DNA from: Bacillota bacterium
GTDB taxonomy: Bacteria; Bacillota; Clostridia; Christensenellales; Aristaeellaceae
NCBI GenBank assembly: GCA_023392755.1
Contig: JAEWNM010000041.1
Location: 1 to 37,962, forward strand
DNA length: 37,962 nucleotides
Direction: 5' to 3'
A program made the translations under genes and the position numbers. Of this stretch, positions 27,620 through 35,513 are shown in pieces. The notes under the pieces were generated by a model, which saw only the letters and a list, made by a program, of their open reading frames with translations, searched no databases and was not told where the DNA came from. The first letter of the stretch is position 1. Each line of letters begins with the position of its first letter.

Positions 27620-28120
27620 ATGGCAGGCAGCATAGCAAAAATTGTTCCCAACCTGTGGTTTGCATCCCAGGCGGAGGAAGCGGCGCGTTTTTACACGGCC
27701 CTGTTCCCAAACTCCGGCATAGGCAGGATTACGCGTTACGGCAAGGCAGGCCACGACATACACGGGATGGAGGAGGGCACGGTGATGACCGTGGAGTTCA
27801 CCCTGAACGGGCAAGACTTCCTGGCGCTTAACGGCGGTCCGCTGTTTACGTTCAGCGAGGCCATATCTTTCATCATCCAGTGCGAAACCCAGGAGGAGGC
27901 TGACAGCTACTGGGATAAGCTCACCGAGGGCGGCGACCCGGATGCGCAGCAATGCGGCTGGCTGAAAGACAAGTTCGGTGTATCCTGGCAGGTTATTCCC
28001 ACCGAGTTCAACGAATTGATGAACGATCCCGACCCCGAAAAATCGGAACGGGTGATGGAAGCCATGCTGCAAATGAAGAAATTGGATATCGCCACCTTGA
28101 AAAAGGCGTACGGGAGCTGA
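27620..28120 (+). CDS. VOC-superfamily protein, PhnB / 3-demethylubiquinone-9 3-methyltransferase-domain (PF06983) type
   Basis: KIVPNLWFASQAEEAARFYTALFPNS, VMTVEFTLNGQDFLALNGGP and QCGWLKDKFGVSWQVIP match the family pattern closely. RBS GGAGG lies 7 nt before the ATG at 27620. Confidence 0.85.
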   Translation: MAGSIAKIVPNLWFASQAEEAARFYTALFPNSGIGRITRYGKAGHDIHGMEEGTVMTVEFTLNGQDFLALNGGPLFTFSEAISFIIQCETQEEADSYWDKLTEGGDPDAQQCGWLKDKFGVSWQVIPTEFNELMNDPDPEKSERVMEAMLQMKKLDIATLKKAYGS

Positions 28121-28146
28121 CGCAGCCGGATGCCGGCATGAAAAAC

Positions 28147-28178
28147 AGCCGGGAAGCCGCCGCGCGGCTGTCCCGGCC
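28147..28178. repeat. Left copy of a 32-nt direct repeat (a terminator-type hairpin) flanking repeat copy B
   Basis: AGCCGGGAAGCCGCCGCGCGGCTGTCCCGGCC is preceded by AAAAA. It differs from 28388-28419 at one base (A/C in a bulge position). Confidence 0.8.
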
Positions 28179-28184
28179 CAGACC

Positions 28185-28388
28185 ATCAAAAAACCCTGGG
28201 AGGTATCGGAGGGCCGAGGTCCTCCGATGCTAGATCGCAAACCAGCGACATGTGCGGTGGTTTGCGAGGAATTTTGCAAAAATTCCTTCCTTGCCCGAGC
28301 AAACGGTCGCAAAATGGCATCGCCATTTTGCAGTGAAGCGGGGGAAAAACTCAACAAAGTGGCGACAGCCACTTTGTTGATACACTGA
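28185..28388 (+). repeat. Copy B (complete, about 204 nt) of the multi-hairpin non-coding repeat; MITE-like or structured-RNA element of unknown family
   Basis: Five helices: 28205-28228, 28235-28243 paired with 28259-28267, 28267-28287, 28309-28331 and 28352-28379. The left 75 nt match 37795-37869 (5 mismatches). The right 127 nt match 1-127. No credible ORF. Confidence 0.85.
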
Positions 28389-28419
28389 GCCGGGCAGCCG
28401 CCGCGCGGCTGTCCCGGCC
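28388..28419. repeat. Right copy of the 32-nt direct repeat (hairpin) flanking repeat copy B
   Basis: AGCCGGGCAGCCGCCGCGCGGCTGTCCCGGCC followed by TTTG. Together with the left copy it would reconstitute a single A5-hairpin-T3 bidirectional terminator. Confidence 0.8.
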
Positions 28420-28449
28420 TTTGAAAACCTGCGGGCCGCTCCTTTATGC

Positions 28450-29004
28450 TCAAATAGCAACAGCAAGCACGCTGAGAACGGCATTGTTGATCGTGGCACC
28501 CGGCGTAACATCGACGATGGAATTCGTCGACAGATTGACCGTGTAGGTGTAAAGCCCTTCCGGCACATTCGCATCCATGAACTGGAAGCTGAAAGATTCC
28601 GACTCCAATACAACCACCGTCGTGGAGAACGTATAGGTGGAGCCGACGTTCATAGGAGCGCCATTATTGTATACGCGCTGGATCTGGAAGTTCAGCGTAA
28701 CGGAAATCCCAAGAGGCAGGCTGATGGTGCTGGTGAACGTCAGCAGGTTGTTTGTATTGCCCATTCCGGCGGTATCAACCGAAGTGGATACCACATTGAT
28801 GGGGCTGCCAAGTACCGTTGTAAAAACGGGCAGGGGGCCGGCGCCGCCGGAGGAAGCATTCAAGGCAACCTGTCTGTCACACACGGGCCTTTGCCATTTG
28901 CCGTACGAATCGTTCTGCGCCACGATATCGGTACCGGGTTCGGCATAGCCATTGGTGTCATATCCCATAGCGGGGTAATACCCGTTGCATTTATCTACGA
29001 TCAT
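28450..29004 (-). CDS. Hypothetical beta-rich protein (T/S/N/V-rich; possibly DUF4489-like or a spore-surface-type beta-sandwich)
   Basis: 184-aa ORF with RBS AAGGTGAT. The N-terminal region contains Cys residues (KCNGYY, PVCDRQ), followed by low-charge beta-strand-like segments (LLTFTSTISLPLGISVTLNFQIQRVYNNGAPMNVGSTYTF). The family assignment is from memory only. Confidence 0.5.
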   Translation of the reverse strand: MIVDKCNGYYPAMGYDTNGYAEPGTDIVAQNDSYGKWQRPVCDRQVALNASSGGAGPLPVFTTVLGSPINVVSTSVDTAGMGNTNNLLTFTSTISLPLGISVTLNFQIQRVYNNGAPMNVGSTYTFSTTVVVLESESFSFQFMDANVPEGLYTYTVNLSTNSIVDVTPGATINNAVLSVLAVAI

Positions 29005-29246
29005 AAGACATCACCTTACTCAGATTTGGAGACCCTCTCCGCTTCATACTATTCTGTCCTTATGAATTTGTGTTACCATGCGCAAAGGCCTTTATCCTGT
29101 TTCCGGATAAAATGGCCTGCGCACGCCATCCCGCGTCCGGCAGGAAAACGCAGTGCCTTGGGCGAAAAGCAAAAACATGGACTGCCGTTTCGGATAAAGC
29201 ACGCATGCAATAAAATATCCCGCGGCTTATGAAGGAGATGAATTTC

Positions 29247-30617
29247 ATGCCCGTAACCATCAGCTATGACGCGTCCCATAAGCTGCGCCTGTCGGGCCTC
29301 CACTGCGATTGCTCCTGCGACCATCATATGCCCGCTCAGGATATCTATGTGGGCACTGACCTGATTCCACACCTTAAGGATTATGTGAGAGCCAGAAATC
29401 TTGGTACCCGGTGCGTGCTGGTGGCCGACAACAACACGTATGAAATCGCCGGGCGCAAGGTGGAACAAACATTGGTTCAGGCCGGGTTTACCGTAATCCC
29501 CTGCGTTATCCGCCGGGAACATGCCATGGAACCGGATGAAAGGGCTTGCGGCGAGGTTCTATTATCCATCCAGCCGGAAACGGAGTTTTTGGTAAGCGTT
29601 GGCTCCGGCTCCATCACCGATATCACCCGCGTCAACGCCACGCGCGCAAAGCTCCCTTTTGTATGCGTGGGCACCGCACCCTCCATGGATGGATATACAT
29701 CCGTGGTGGCTCCGCTGCTGCTGCGCGGCGTCAAAATCCATCGGGCGGGCGTATGCCCGGAGATTATCGTGTGCGACCTGGATATTCTGCGTACCGCGCC
29801 CCTGTCCATGGTGCAATCCGGCGTGGGGGATGTGCTGGGCAAGTATATCGCAGGGGCGGACTGGATGATTGGAAACATCATCAACGGCGAGCCCTGCTGC
29901 CCGGCTTGCGTTAAAATCGTACTGGACGCGGTAGATAGGCTGATGGAGAACGCGGGCGAAATCCGCCAAAGAACGGAAAAGGGCATCCGTATCCTTATCG
30001 TGGCGCTTTTGCTGGCTGGCGTCACCATCATGATTGTGGGTCATACCAGGGCCGTGGCTTCGGTAGAGCACAACATCGCCCATTACTGGGAAATGGCGCA
30101 GCTTATGCGGGGCAGACAGCCGCCGGCCCACGGCGCATCCGTCGGCGTGGCGACGCTGTTATGCTGGCCCCTGTTCCTCCGTTTCGCCGGGGAGGATCCG
30201 GGCCGCCTGGACCTGAACAATATAAAAGCCCGGCGCATCGGCCGGGAAGAGAGAATCCAATGGCTCCGCTTCGCCTACGGGGAGGAGGCCGCCAATGCCA
30301 TCATCAAGGACAACCCCGGCGATTTTTTATCCTGGGAGGAGCAATCAAGGCGTATTCAAACTGCACAGGCAAATTTTCAGCAGCTGAGGGATATCATCCT
30401 TGGCCTGCCGGAGCTGGGCCGCATCCAGCATGCGATGCGGGAGCTGGGCGCGCCCATGACCCCGGCGGAGCTGAACGTAGATGAACCGCTCCTGAACGTA
30501 TCCATGCATTGCGCCAAGGATTATCGCACCCGCTATACACTGTTCAAGCTCATCGACGAATGCGGGCTGATGGAGGAATATCTCAAAGATTATCCGCTGC
30601 CAAAGACATATTTATAG
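29247..30617 (+). CDS. egsA: sn-glycerol-1-phosphate dehydrogenase family protein (AraM/EgsA-like, Fe-ADH superfamily)
   Basis: VSVGSGSITDITR, VGTAPSMDGYTSVVAPLL and GDVLGK plus His-rich metal-site blocks (VEHNIAHYWE, PAHGASVG). Start chosen at ATG 29247, 9 nt after GAAGGAG; the ORF track starts at 29229. Confidence 0.7.
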   Translation: MPVTISYDASHKLRLSGLHCDCSCDHHMPAQDIYVGTDLIPHLKDYVRARNLGTRCVLVADNNTYEIAGRKVEQTLVQAGFTVIPCVIRREHAMEPDERACGEVLLSIQPETEFLVSVGSGSITDITRVNATRAKLPFVCVGTAPSMDGYTSVVAPLLLRGVKIHRAGVCPEIIVCDLDILRTAPLSMVQSGVGDVLGKYIAGADWMIGNIINGEPCCPACVKIVLDAVDRLMENAGEIRQRTEKGIRILIVALLLAGVTIMIVGHTRAVASVEHNIAHYWEMAQLMRGRQPPAHGASVGVATLLCWPLFLRFAGEDPGRLDLNNIKARRIGREERIQWLRFAYGEEAANAIIKDNPGDFLSWEEQSRRIQTAQANFQQLRDIILGLPELGRIQHAMRELGAPMTPAELNVDEPLLNVSMHCAKDYRTRYTLFKLIDECGLMEEYLKDYPLPKTYL

Positions 30618-30634
30618 CAGTGCCTGCCAAAAGC

Positions 30635-31291
30635 TTATGACGCCCGCATGGCGGGAATGGTATCCAAAAGGCGCATCCAGCGCCGTTTCATCCATTGTAT
30701 GGTTGGCCCGTTCAAGAAGGCGGAGAAAAAGGTGCCCACACCGATGCCCTCCAGGCTGCCGTACAGCATGAACGACAGGATAATCCCCAACGACAAAACC
30801 ACCACGTCAAAGCGCTGCTTGACCTTGCGTATGCTTAGGCTTTTGTAATAGCTCACTTCCCGAAGGAACATGTCAAAGGGCGGTATGGGCAGCCGGGTCA
30901 GCATATACGCCCCCACACCGCCGGTTAAGATCAGGTAGCCCGCCAGGTAATACAGCACCCTCAATAAGAGCGTGTCGGCAGGCAAGCCCCGAAGGCAGAA
31001 TACAAAAAAATCTATCAGGTAGCCCGACGCCACCGAGGACAGGAAGGAAGCCAGATAATCAATTTTAACTTTGCGCACCGTAGCGATCAGGGCAAGCATC
31101 GTAAGCCCCTGCACCACATATGTCCATACGCCAAAGCTTAAAAACAGAAACTTCCGCCCGACCACATACGCCAGGGAAGAGGCAACCGCCGTTCCCATGG
31201 CGCTTTTCACATACAGCGCGGTGCCAAACGCCACCAGAATCAGCCCCGCCGCGTATCCGAACCAGTCCCTCGGGGTTGGCTTTTGCCGCAT
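30635..31291 (-). CDS. YczE/YyaS/YitT-like (DUF6198) integral membrane protein
   Basis: About 218 aa, five to six TM helices, pattern FGTALYVKSAMGT...PPFDMFLRE. Start at MRQKP (31291) follows RBS GGGTGGA; the ORF track starts at 31318. Confidence 0.6.
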   Translation of the reverse strand: MRQKPTPRDWFGYAAGLILVAFGTALYVKSAMGTAVASSLAYVVGRKFLFLSFGVWTYVVQGLTMLALIATVRKVKIDYLASFLSSVASGYLIDFFVFCLRGLPADTLLLRVLYYLAGYLILTGGVGAYMLTRLPIPPFDMFLREVSYYKSLSIRKVKQRFDVVVLSLGIILSFMLYGSLEGIGVGTFFSAFLNGPTIQWMKRRWMRLLDTIPAMRAS

Positions 31292-31453
31292 TCCGTTATC
31301 CACCCTTATCCACGCCATTAAAGCCGCAGCCGCGGCCTATGCATGCAAATACTTGTCCAGTATACAGGCAGGCATGCCTTTTTACAACAAAATCCGTGCT
31401 TTTCCACTACTTATGCGCGCTTGTTTCTTTCGTGCACTTTTCCCCGCTTTGCC

Positions 31454-31482
31454 TTGACAGGAGCAGGTGTCTTCCGTATACT
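31454..31482 (+). promoter_or_regulatory. Sigma-A promoter of the aconitase gene
   Basis: TTGACA (31454-31459), 17-nt spacer, TATACT (31477-31482), about 55 nt upstream of the ATG. Confidence 0.65.
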
Positions 31483-31538
31483 GCAACCATTCGGCTTTGT
31501 ATCCAAAAAACAGGATCACATGCGCAATGGAGGGCATT

Positions 31539-33470
31539 ATGAACCTGACGCAAAAAATACTCTCGGCTCATCTCGTCTCCGGAGAATTTATGCCCGGCCG
31601 GGAGATCGCCATCAGGATAGACCAGACGCTGACCCAGGACTCCACGGGCACCATGGCCTACCTGCAATTTGAGGCCATGGGTGTAAAACGTGTGCGCACG
31701 AAAAAGTCCGTGGCGTACATTGACCACAACACGCTGCAAACAGGCTTTGAAAACGCCGACGATCATAAATACATACAAACAGTGGCCAGAAAGCACGGCG
31801 TTTGGTGTTCCAAGCCCGGCAACGGCATTTGCCACCAGGTGCACCTGGAGCGTTTTGGCATACCCGGCCAGACACTTTTGGGCAGCGACAGCCACACGCC
31901 CACCTGCGGCGGCCTGGGCATGATCGCCATCGGCGCGGGCGGGCTGGATGTGGCCGTGGCCATGGGCGGCGGCGCATATCACATCAGCTGCCCCAAGGTG
32001 GTCAATGTTCAGCTTGCGGGAAAGCTGAAGCCTTTTGTAGCCGCGAAGGACATCATATTGGAAGTGCTGCGCAGGCTGTCGGTAAAGGGCGGCGTGGGCC
32101 GGGTGATGGAGTATACGGGTGATGGCGTCATGTCGCTGTCCGTGCCGGAGCGGGCCACCATCGCCAACATGGGGGCGGAGCTGGGCGCTACCGCTTCGAT
32201 TTTCCCCAGTGATGAAAATACGCGAATATTTCTTGCGGCACAGGGCCGGGAAAAGGACTTTATCCCGCTTCTCCCCGATGATGACGCGGTCTATGACGAA
32301 ACGCTGTTCATTGATCTAGGCACCCTGGAGCCCTTGGCAGCCAGGCCGCACATGCCCGACAACGTGGCGTCCGTCCGGGAAATCGGACCCATTCATGTGG
32401 ATCAGGTGTGCATCGGCTCCTGCACCAACTCCAGCTATCTGGATATGATGCGCACGGCCGCCATCTTAAAGGGCAGGACGGTGCACCCCGACGTATCCCT
32501 GGTCATTTCTCCGGGCAGCAAGCAGGTGCTTTCCATGCTGGCAAAAAACGGCGCGCTGGCTGATTTGATCCAGGCCGGCGCCCGCATACTGGAGTGCGCC
32601 TGCGGCCCCTGCATCGGCATGGGCCAAAGCCCGTCCAGCAACGCCGTCAGCGTACGCACCAACAACCGCAACTTCTATGCCCGGTCCGGAACAAAAAGCG
32701 CGCAGGTTTATCTTGCAAGCTGTGAAGTGGCGGCGGCTACCGCGCTTGCCGGCGTGCTGACCGACCCCAGGACGCTGTCTGTAGACCTATGCGTGCCAAT
32801 GCCGGAAAGCTTTCCTGTCAATGACAACCTCATCCTTCCCCCGGTGGATGCTGGGCAGGAGGATGCTGCGGACGTGGTGCGCGGTCCCAACATACAGCCC
32901 TTCCCCGTGAATGTGCCGCTCAAGGCGCGCCTGTCCGGCCCGGTTCTTTTGAAAATGGAGGATAATATCACCACCGACCATATCATGCCCTCCAACGCAA
33001 AGCTGCTGCCCTACCGCAGCAATATCCCCTATTTGTCAGATTATTGCCTGACACCCGTGGACCCGGATTTCCCCAAAAGGGCGAAGGCGGCGGGCGGCGG
33101 CTTTTTGGTGGCAGGGCAAAACTACGGCCAGGGCTCCAGCCGGGAGCATGCCGCGCTGGTTCCCCTGTACCTGGGCGTGAAGGGCGTTGTCGCCAAATCC
33201 TTTGCGAGAATCCATATGGATAACCTTATCAACAACGGCATCCTTCCGCTGACATTTGCGAACACCGCAGATTATGAGCGGATGGAGCAGGGCGATGTAA
33301 TCGTATTTGCGGACGCCAGGGCGCAGGTTGAAAAAGCCGGGGATGTTTTCACCCTCACCAACGAAACAAAGCAGTTTGAATTTTCGGTACACATGCCTCT
33401 CTCCGCAAGGCAGAGGAGCATGATCCTGGCCGGCGGGCTTTTGAACTATACCCGGGAAACCGGGGAATAA
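31539..33470 (+). CDS. acn: Aconitate hydratase (about 640-aa aconitase)
   Basis: IDQTLTQDSTG, GICHQVH, LGSDSHTPTCGGLG, Fe-S cysteines in CIGSCTNSSY and CGPCIGMGQ, and a swivel domain with GQNYGQGSSREHAA. Start at MNLTQK follows RBS GGAGGG. Confidence 0.9.
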   Translation: MNLTQKILSAHLVSGEFMPGREIAIRIDQTLTQDSTGTMAYLQFEAMGVKRVRTKKSVAYIDHNTLQTGFENADDHKYIQTVARKHGVWCSKPGNGICHQVHLERFGIPGQTLLGSDSHTPTCGGLGMIAIGAGGLDVAVAMGGGAYHISCPKVVNVQLAGKLKPFVAAKDIILEVLRRLSVKGGVGRVMEYTGDGVMSLSVPERATIANMGAELGATASIFPSDENTRIFLAAQGREKDFIPLLPDDDAVYDETLFIDLGTLEPLAARPHMPDNVASVREIGPIHVDQVCIGSCTNSSYLDMMRTAAILKGRTVHPDVSLVISPGSKQVLSMLAKNGALADLIQAGARILECACGPCIGMGQSPSSNAVSVRTNNRNFYARSGTKSAQVYLASCEVAAATALAGVLTDPRTLSVDLCVPMPESFPVNDNLILPPVDAGQEDAADVVRGPNIQPFPVNVPLKARLSGPVLLKMEDNITTDHIMPSNAKLLPYRSNIPYLSDYCLTPVDPDFPKRAKAAGGGFLVAGQNYGQGSSREHAALVPLYLGVKGVVAKSFARIHMDNLINNGILPLTFANTADYERMEQGDVIVFADARAQVEKAGDVFTLTNETKQFEFSVHMPLSARQRSMILAGGLLNYTRETGE

Positions 33471-33500
33471 ACTGCGCCATTCATGAAATCAAGCAGATAA

Positions 33501-33528
33501 TGAGGGGGCCAAGCAATTGGCTCCCTCA
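33501..33528 (+). terminator. Stable GNRA-capped hairpin 30 nt after the aconitase stop (possible terminator or RNA-stabilising stem)
   Basis: TGAGGGGGCCAA-gcaa-TTGGCTCCCTCA, a 12-bp stem with one G-U on the plus strand (A-C on the minus strand). No U-tract follows. Confidence 0.35.
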
Positions 33529-33727
33529 GACTGTAAAGAACCTCCGGCAGCCACTGGAGGAAGTCGACACCCATATTCAGAATGTGATACACAGCGATAT
33601 ATATGGCATAATCCTGAACATAAGCAAATGGATAAGCAGTAAAAAGGGCTGTGCCCCCATGATTGTACCGATGACGACAGACCTTTGTGAAATCCGGCCT
33701 GATGACGCAATCACACACAGGCAGATG

Positions 33728-33773
33728 ATAAAAATCACCGGAGGCATGCGCAAGCTTTGGCGCATGCCTCCGG
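33728..33773 (-). terminator. Intrinsic terminator of the CHAP hydrolase gene
   Basis: CCGGAGGCATGCGC-(8-nt loop)-GCGCATGCCTCCGG, a perfect 14-bp stem followed on the minus strand by TGATTTTTAT. Begins 27 nt after the stop at 33800. Confidence 0.8.
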
Positions 33774-33799
33774 CCGTATTCTTTCAATATCAAACAACT

Positions 33800-34750
33800 T
33801 TATTGATCGCTGGCCACTACCCAGTTTGCCGGATCGCCATCCAGCCTGTTCTCAATTTCTTCCTGCATGGCAAACTGCGTCTCCATATCCGCGATGCCGG
33901 ACGCCTTTTTCCCCGGCATATATTCCTTCTGGAAAGTGCGTATGGCAACGGTGGTTTTCGCGCCGAATGAGCCGTCGACATCCTCGGGCTGCATCAGCGA
34001 AAGCTCCTGAAGCCTGGTTTGCAGCTGCCGCACCTTTTCGCCCTTGTTGCCGGAACGCATGGTGACTTCGGCCACATCCTTCACGGTGCCGTAGCCCAGG
34101 ATGGTGGAATCGGAAAGCAGGTATTCTTTTCTTTCCACCTTGGAGGGATTGTTGCCCTCGATAACGTGTACGACCACCTGGCCCTCTTCGTTCACATCCG
34201 TATATTCCACCATGGCCACGTGATCTGTATCCCGGCCGCTGCGCCAGGTGAAATACATCCAGTCCCCCGGATTGGGAATGTATTCATCCCGGAGCATGGG
34301 CGCCTGCCTGCCTGGGAACCACTGGGTTCCCCAATCGTCGATAGCGCCTTTTCTGTCTATATAGCGGCCCCGTGCGATAAACCAGTCACGGCCCACATTG
34401 CTGCCGCTGTACAGGGGATACTGCTCCTTGAGCAGGTTTGTACCGTAGCGCTGATCTGTCTGGTCAACAGACCAGCACAAAAATTCAGCACACCATTGGG
34501 CATAGGGGTCGCCTGACCAATCGCCGTATTTTGTAAAGCCGTTTTTCTTTTCTGTATATCCCAGCTCTTCCCTTGCGACGGACAGCAGAAGCTCCACAAA
34601 AGATCCTTCCGGCGCCGCCGTTGCCTGCGCAGCCGCCGGCGTTTCCTGCGCTGAGGCAGCGGGCACAGAGGGGGCAGTCCCTTCCTCTGCCAGCGTGCAT
34701 GTCAGCACAAACAGCAGGCTCAGGGTAAGCAGCAGAAACCTTCTGCCCAT
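33800..34750 (-). CDS. Secreted CHAP-domain peptidoglycan hydrolase with a C-terminal PG_binding_1 domain
   Basis: Signal peptide, CHAP Cys in YAQWCAEFLCW and His in DTDHVAMVE. C-terminal peptidoglycan-binding repeat (GEKVRQLQTRLQEL...DGSFGAKTTVAIRTFQ). RBS AAAGGAGGTG. Confidence 0.8.
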   Translation of the reverse strand: MGRRFLLLTLSLLFVLTCTLAEEGTAPSVPAASAQETPAAAQATAAPEGSFVELLLSVAREELGYTEKKNGFTKYGDWSGDPYAQWCAEFLCWSVDQTDQRYGTNLLKEQYPLYSGSNVGRDWFIARGRYIDRKGAIDDWGTQWFPGRQAPMLRDEYIPNPGDWMYFTWRSGRDTDHVAMVEYTDVNEEGQVVVHVIEGNNPSKVERKEYLLSDSTILGYGTVKDVAEVTMRSGNKGEKVRQLQTRLQELSLMQPEDVDGSFGAKTTVAIRTFQKEYMPGKKASGIADMETQFAMQEEIENRLDGDPANWVVASDQ

Positions 34751-34813
34751 GCAGACACCTCCTTTACTGCACCTATGCTAACACAATTTCGCGGCCTTTC
34801 GCAACGGCAACTC

Positions 34814-35506
34814 TTAACAGCCAAACGATACAAAAACGGGTACGGGGTCTCCCAAAGCAAGATAATCCTCCGCCACGCGGCAATCATACGCCAGCACGTG
34901 AACGCCCGCCTCCGCCGCCTGACGCAGCTCCTTTGCAAAGCCGGGATCGGTATCTTCATTGGGTGAAAAGCTGTGTACGCCGCACATTTGAATCACAAAA
35001 ACCACATAACACGCAAATCCTTGCGCAACCGCCGCCGAAAGCTCACGCACATGCCTTGCCCCCCGCTGCGTAGGCGCGTCGGGAAAGCGGACATGGCCAT
35101 TTTCCTCCAGCGTAACGCCCTTGACCTCCACCAGGCAGCGCATTTCCCCAGCTTCCACATAAAAATCCAGCCGCGACTGCCCATAAGTATACTCCGGGCG
35201 GATCAGATTCGCGCCGGGCAGAAAGCCGCCGCCCTCCGCCCATTCCCGGAATACCTTGTTGGGCGCCTGGCTGTCGATGTTGATGAGCTTGTCCCCCTTG
35301 AAAACGGCAATCACATCGTACCGCGTTTTGCGGGCGGGATTTTCGCCCGGAGCCAGCACCACCTTCGCATCTTGCACAAACAGCTCCCGGCACCGGCCCG
35401 TGTTTTTCACATGGCAGACCACCGTTTCCCCATCTACCAGCACATGGGCCACAAAACGGTTGGGCCGGCTTAGAAACCGGCCTGTTATTACGCTCTCGTA
35501 CCGCAC
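34814..35506 (-). CDS. sfsA: Sugar fermentation stimulation protein SfsA (nuclease-fold DNA-binding protein)
   Basis: GRFLSRPNRFVAHVLVDGETVVCHVKNTGRCRELF, SRLDFYVE, LVEVKGVTL and FPDAPTQRGARHVREL. GTG start at 35506 avoids overlap with the upstream VanW gene. Confidence 0.85.
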   Translation of the reverse strand: MRYESVITGRFLSRPNRFVAHVLVDGETVVCHVKNTGRCRELFVQDAKVVLAPGENPARKTRYDVIAVFKGDKLINIDSQAPNKVFREWAEGGGFLPGANLIRPEYTYGQSRLDFYVEAGEMRCLVEVKGVTLEENGHVRFPDAPTQRGARHVRELSAAVAQGFACYVVFVIQMCGVHSFSPNEDTDPGFAKELRQAAEAGVHVLAYDCRVAEDYLALGDPVPVFVSFGC

Positions 35507-35513
35507 GGCCGCC

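Noticed and set aside
27473-28453. 326-aa minus-strand ORF; also 37710-37928 on the minus strand
   Set aside because: They run antisense through the VOC gene and straight through the hairpin-rich repeat copies. The similar peptide segments (AHVAGLRS...PSDTS.GFL) simply reflect the DNA repeat being translated.
29040-29060. CATACTA resembling a forespore sigma-G/F -10 element upstream of egsA
   Set aside because: There is no matching -35 (GnATA/TGAATA) at 17-18 nt, and it lies about 190 nt from the start codon. A single heptamer match is not meaningful.
33446-33793. 115-aa minus-strand ORF between the aconitase and CHAP genes
   Set aside because: It begins upstream of, and reads through, the 14-bp-stem terminator of the CHAP gene, and it overlaps the aconitase 3-prime end. 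It has no RBS. It is kept only as part of the intergenic-region finding.
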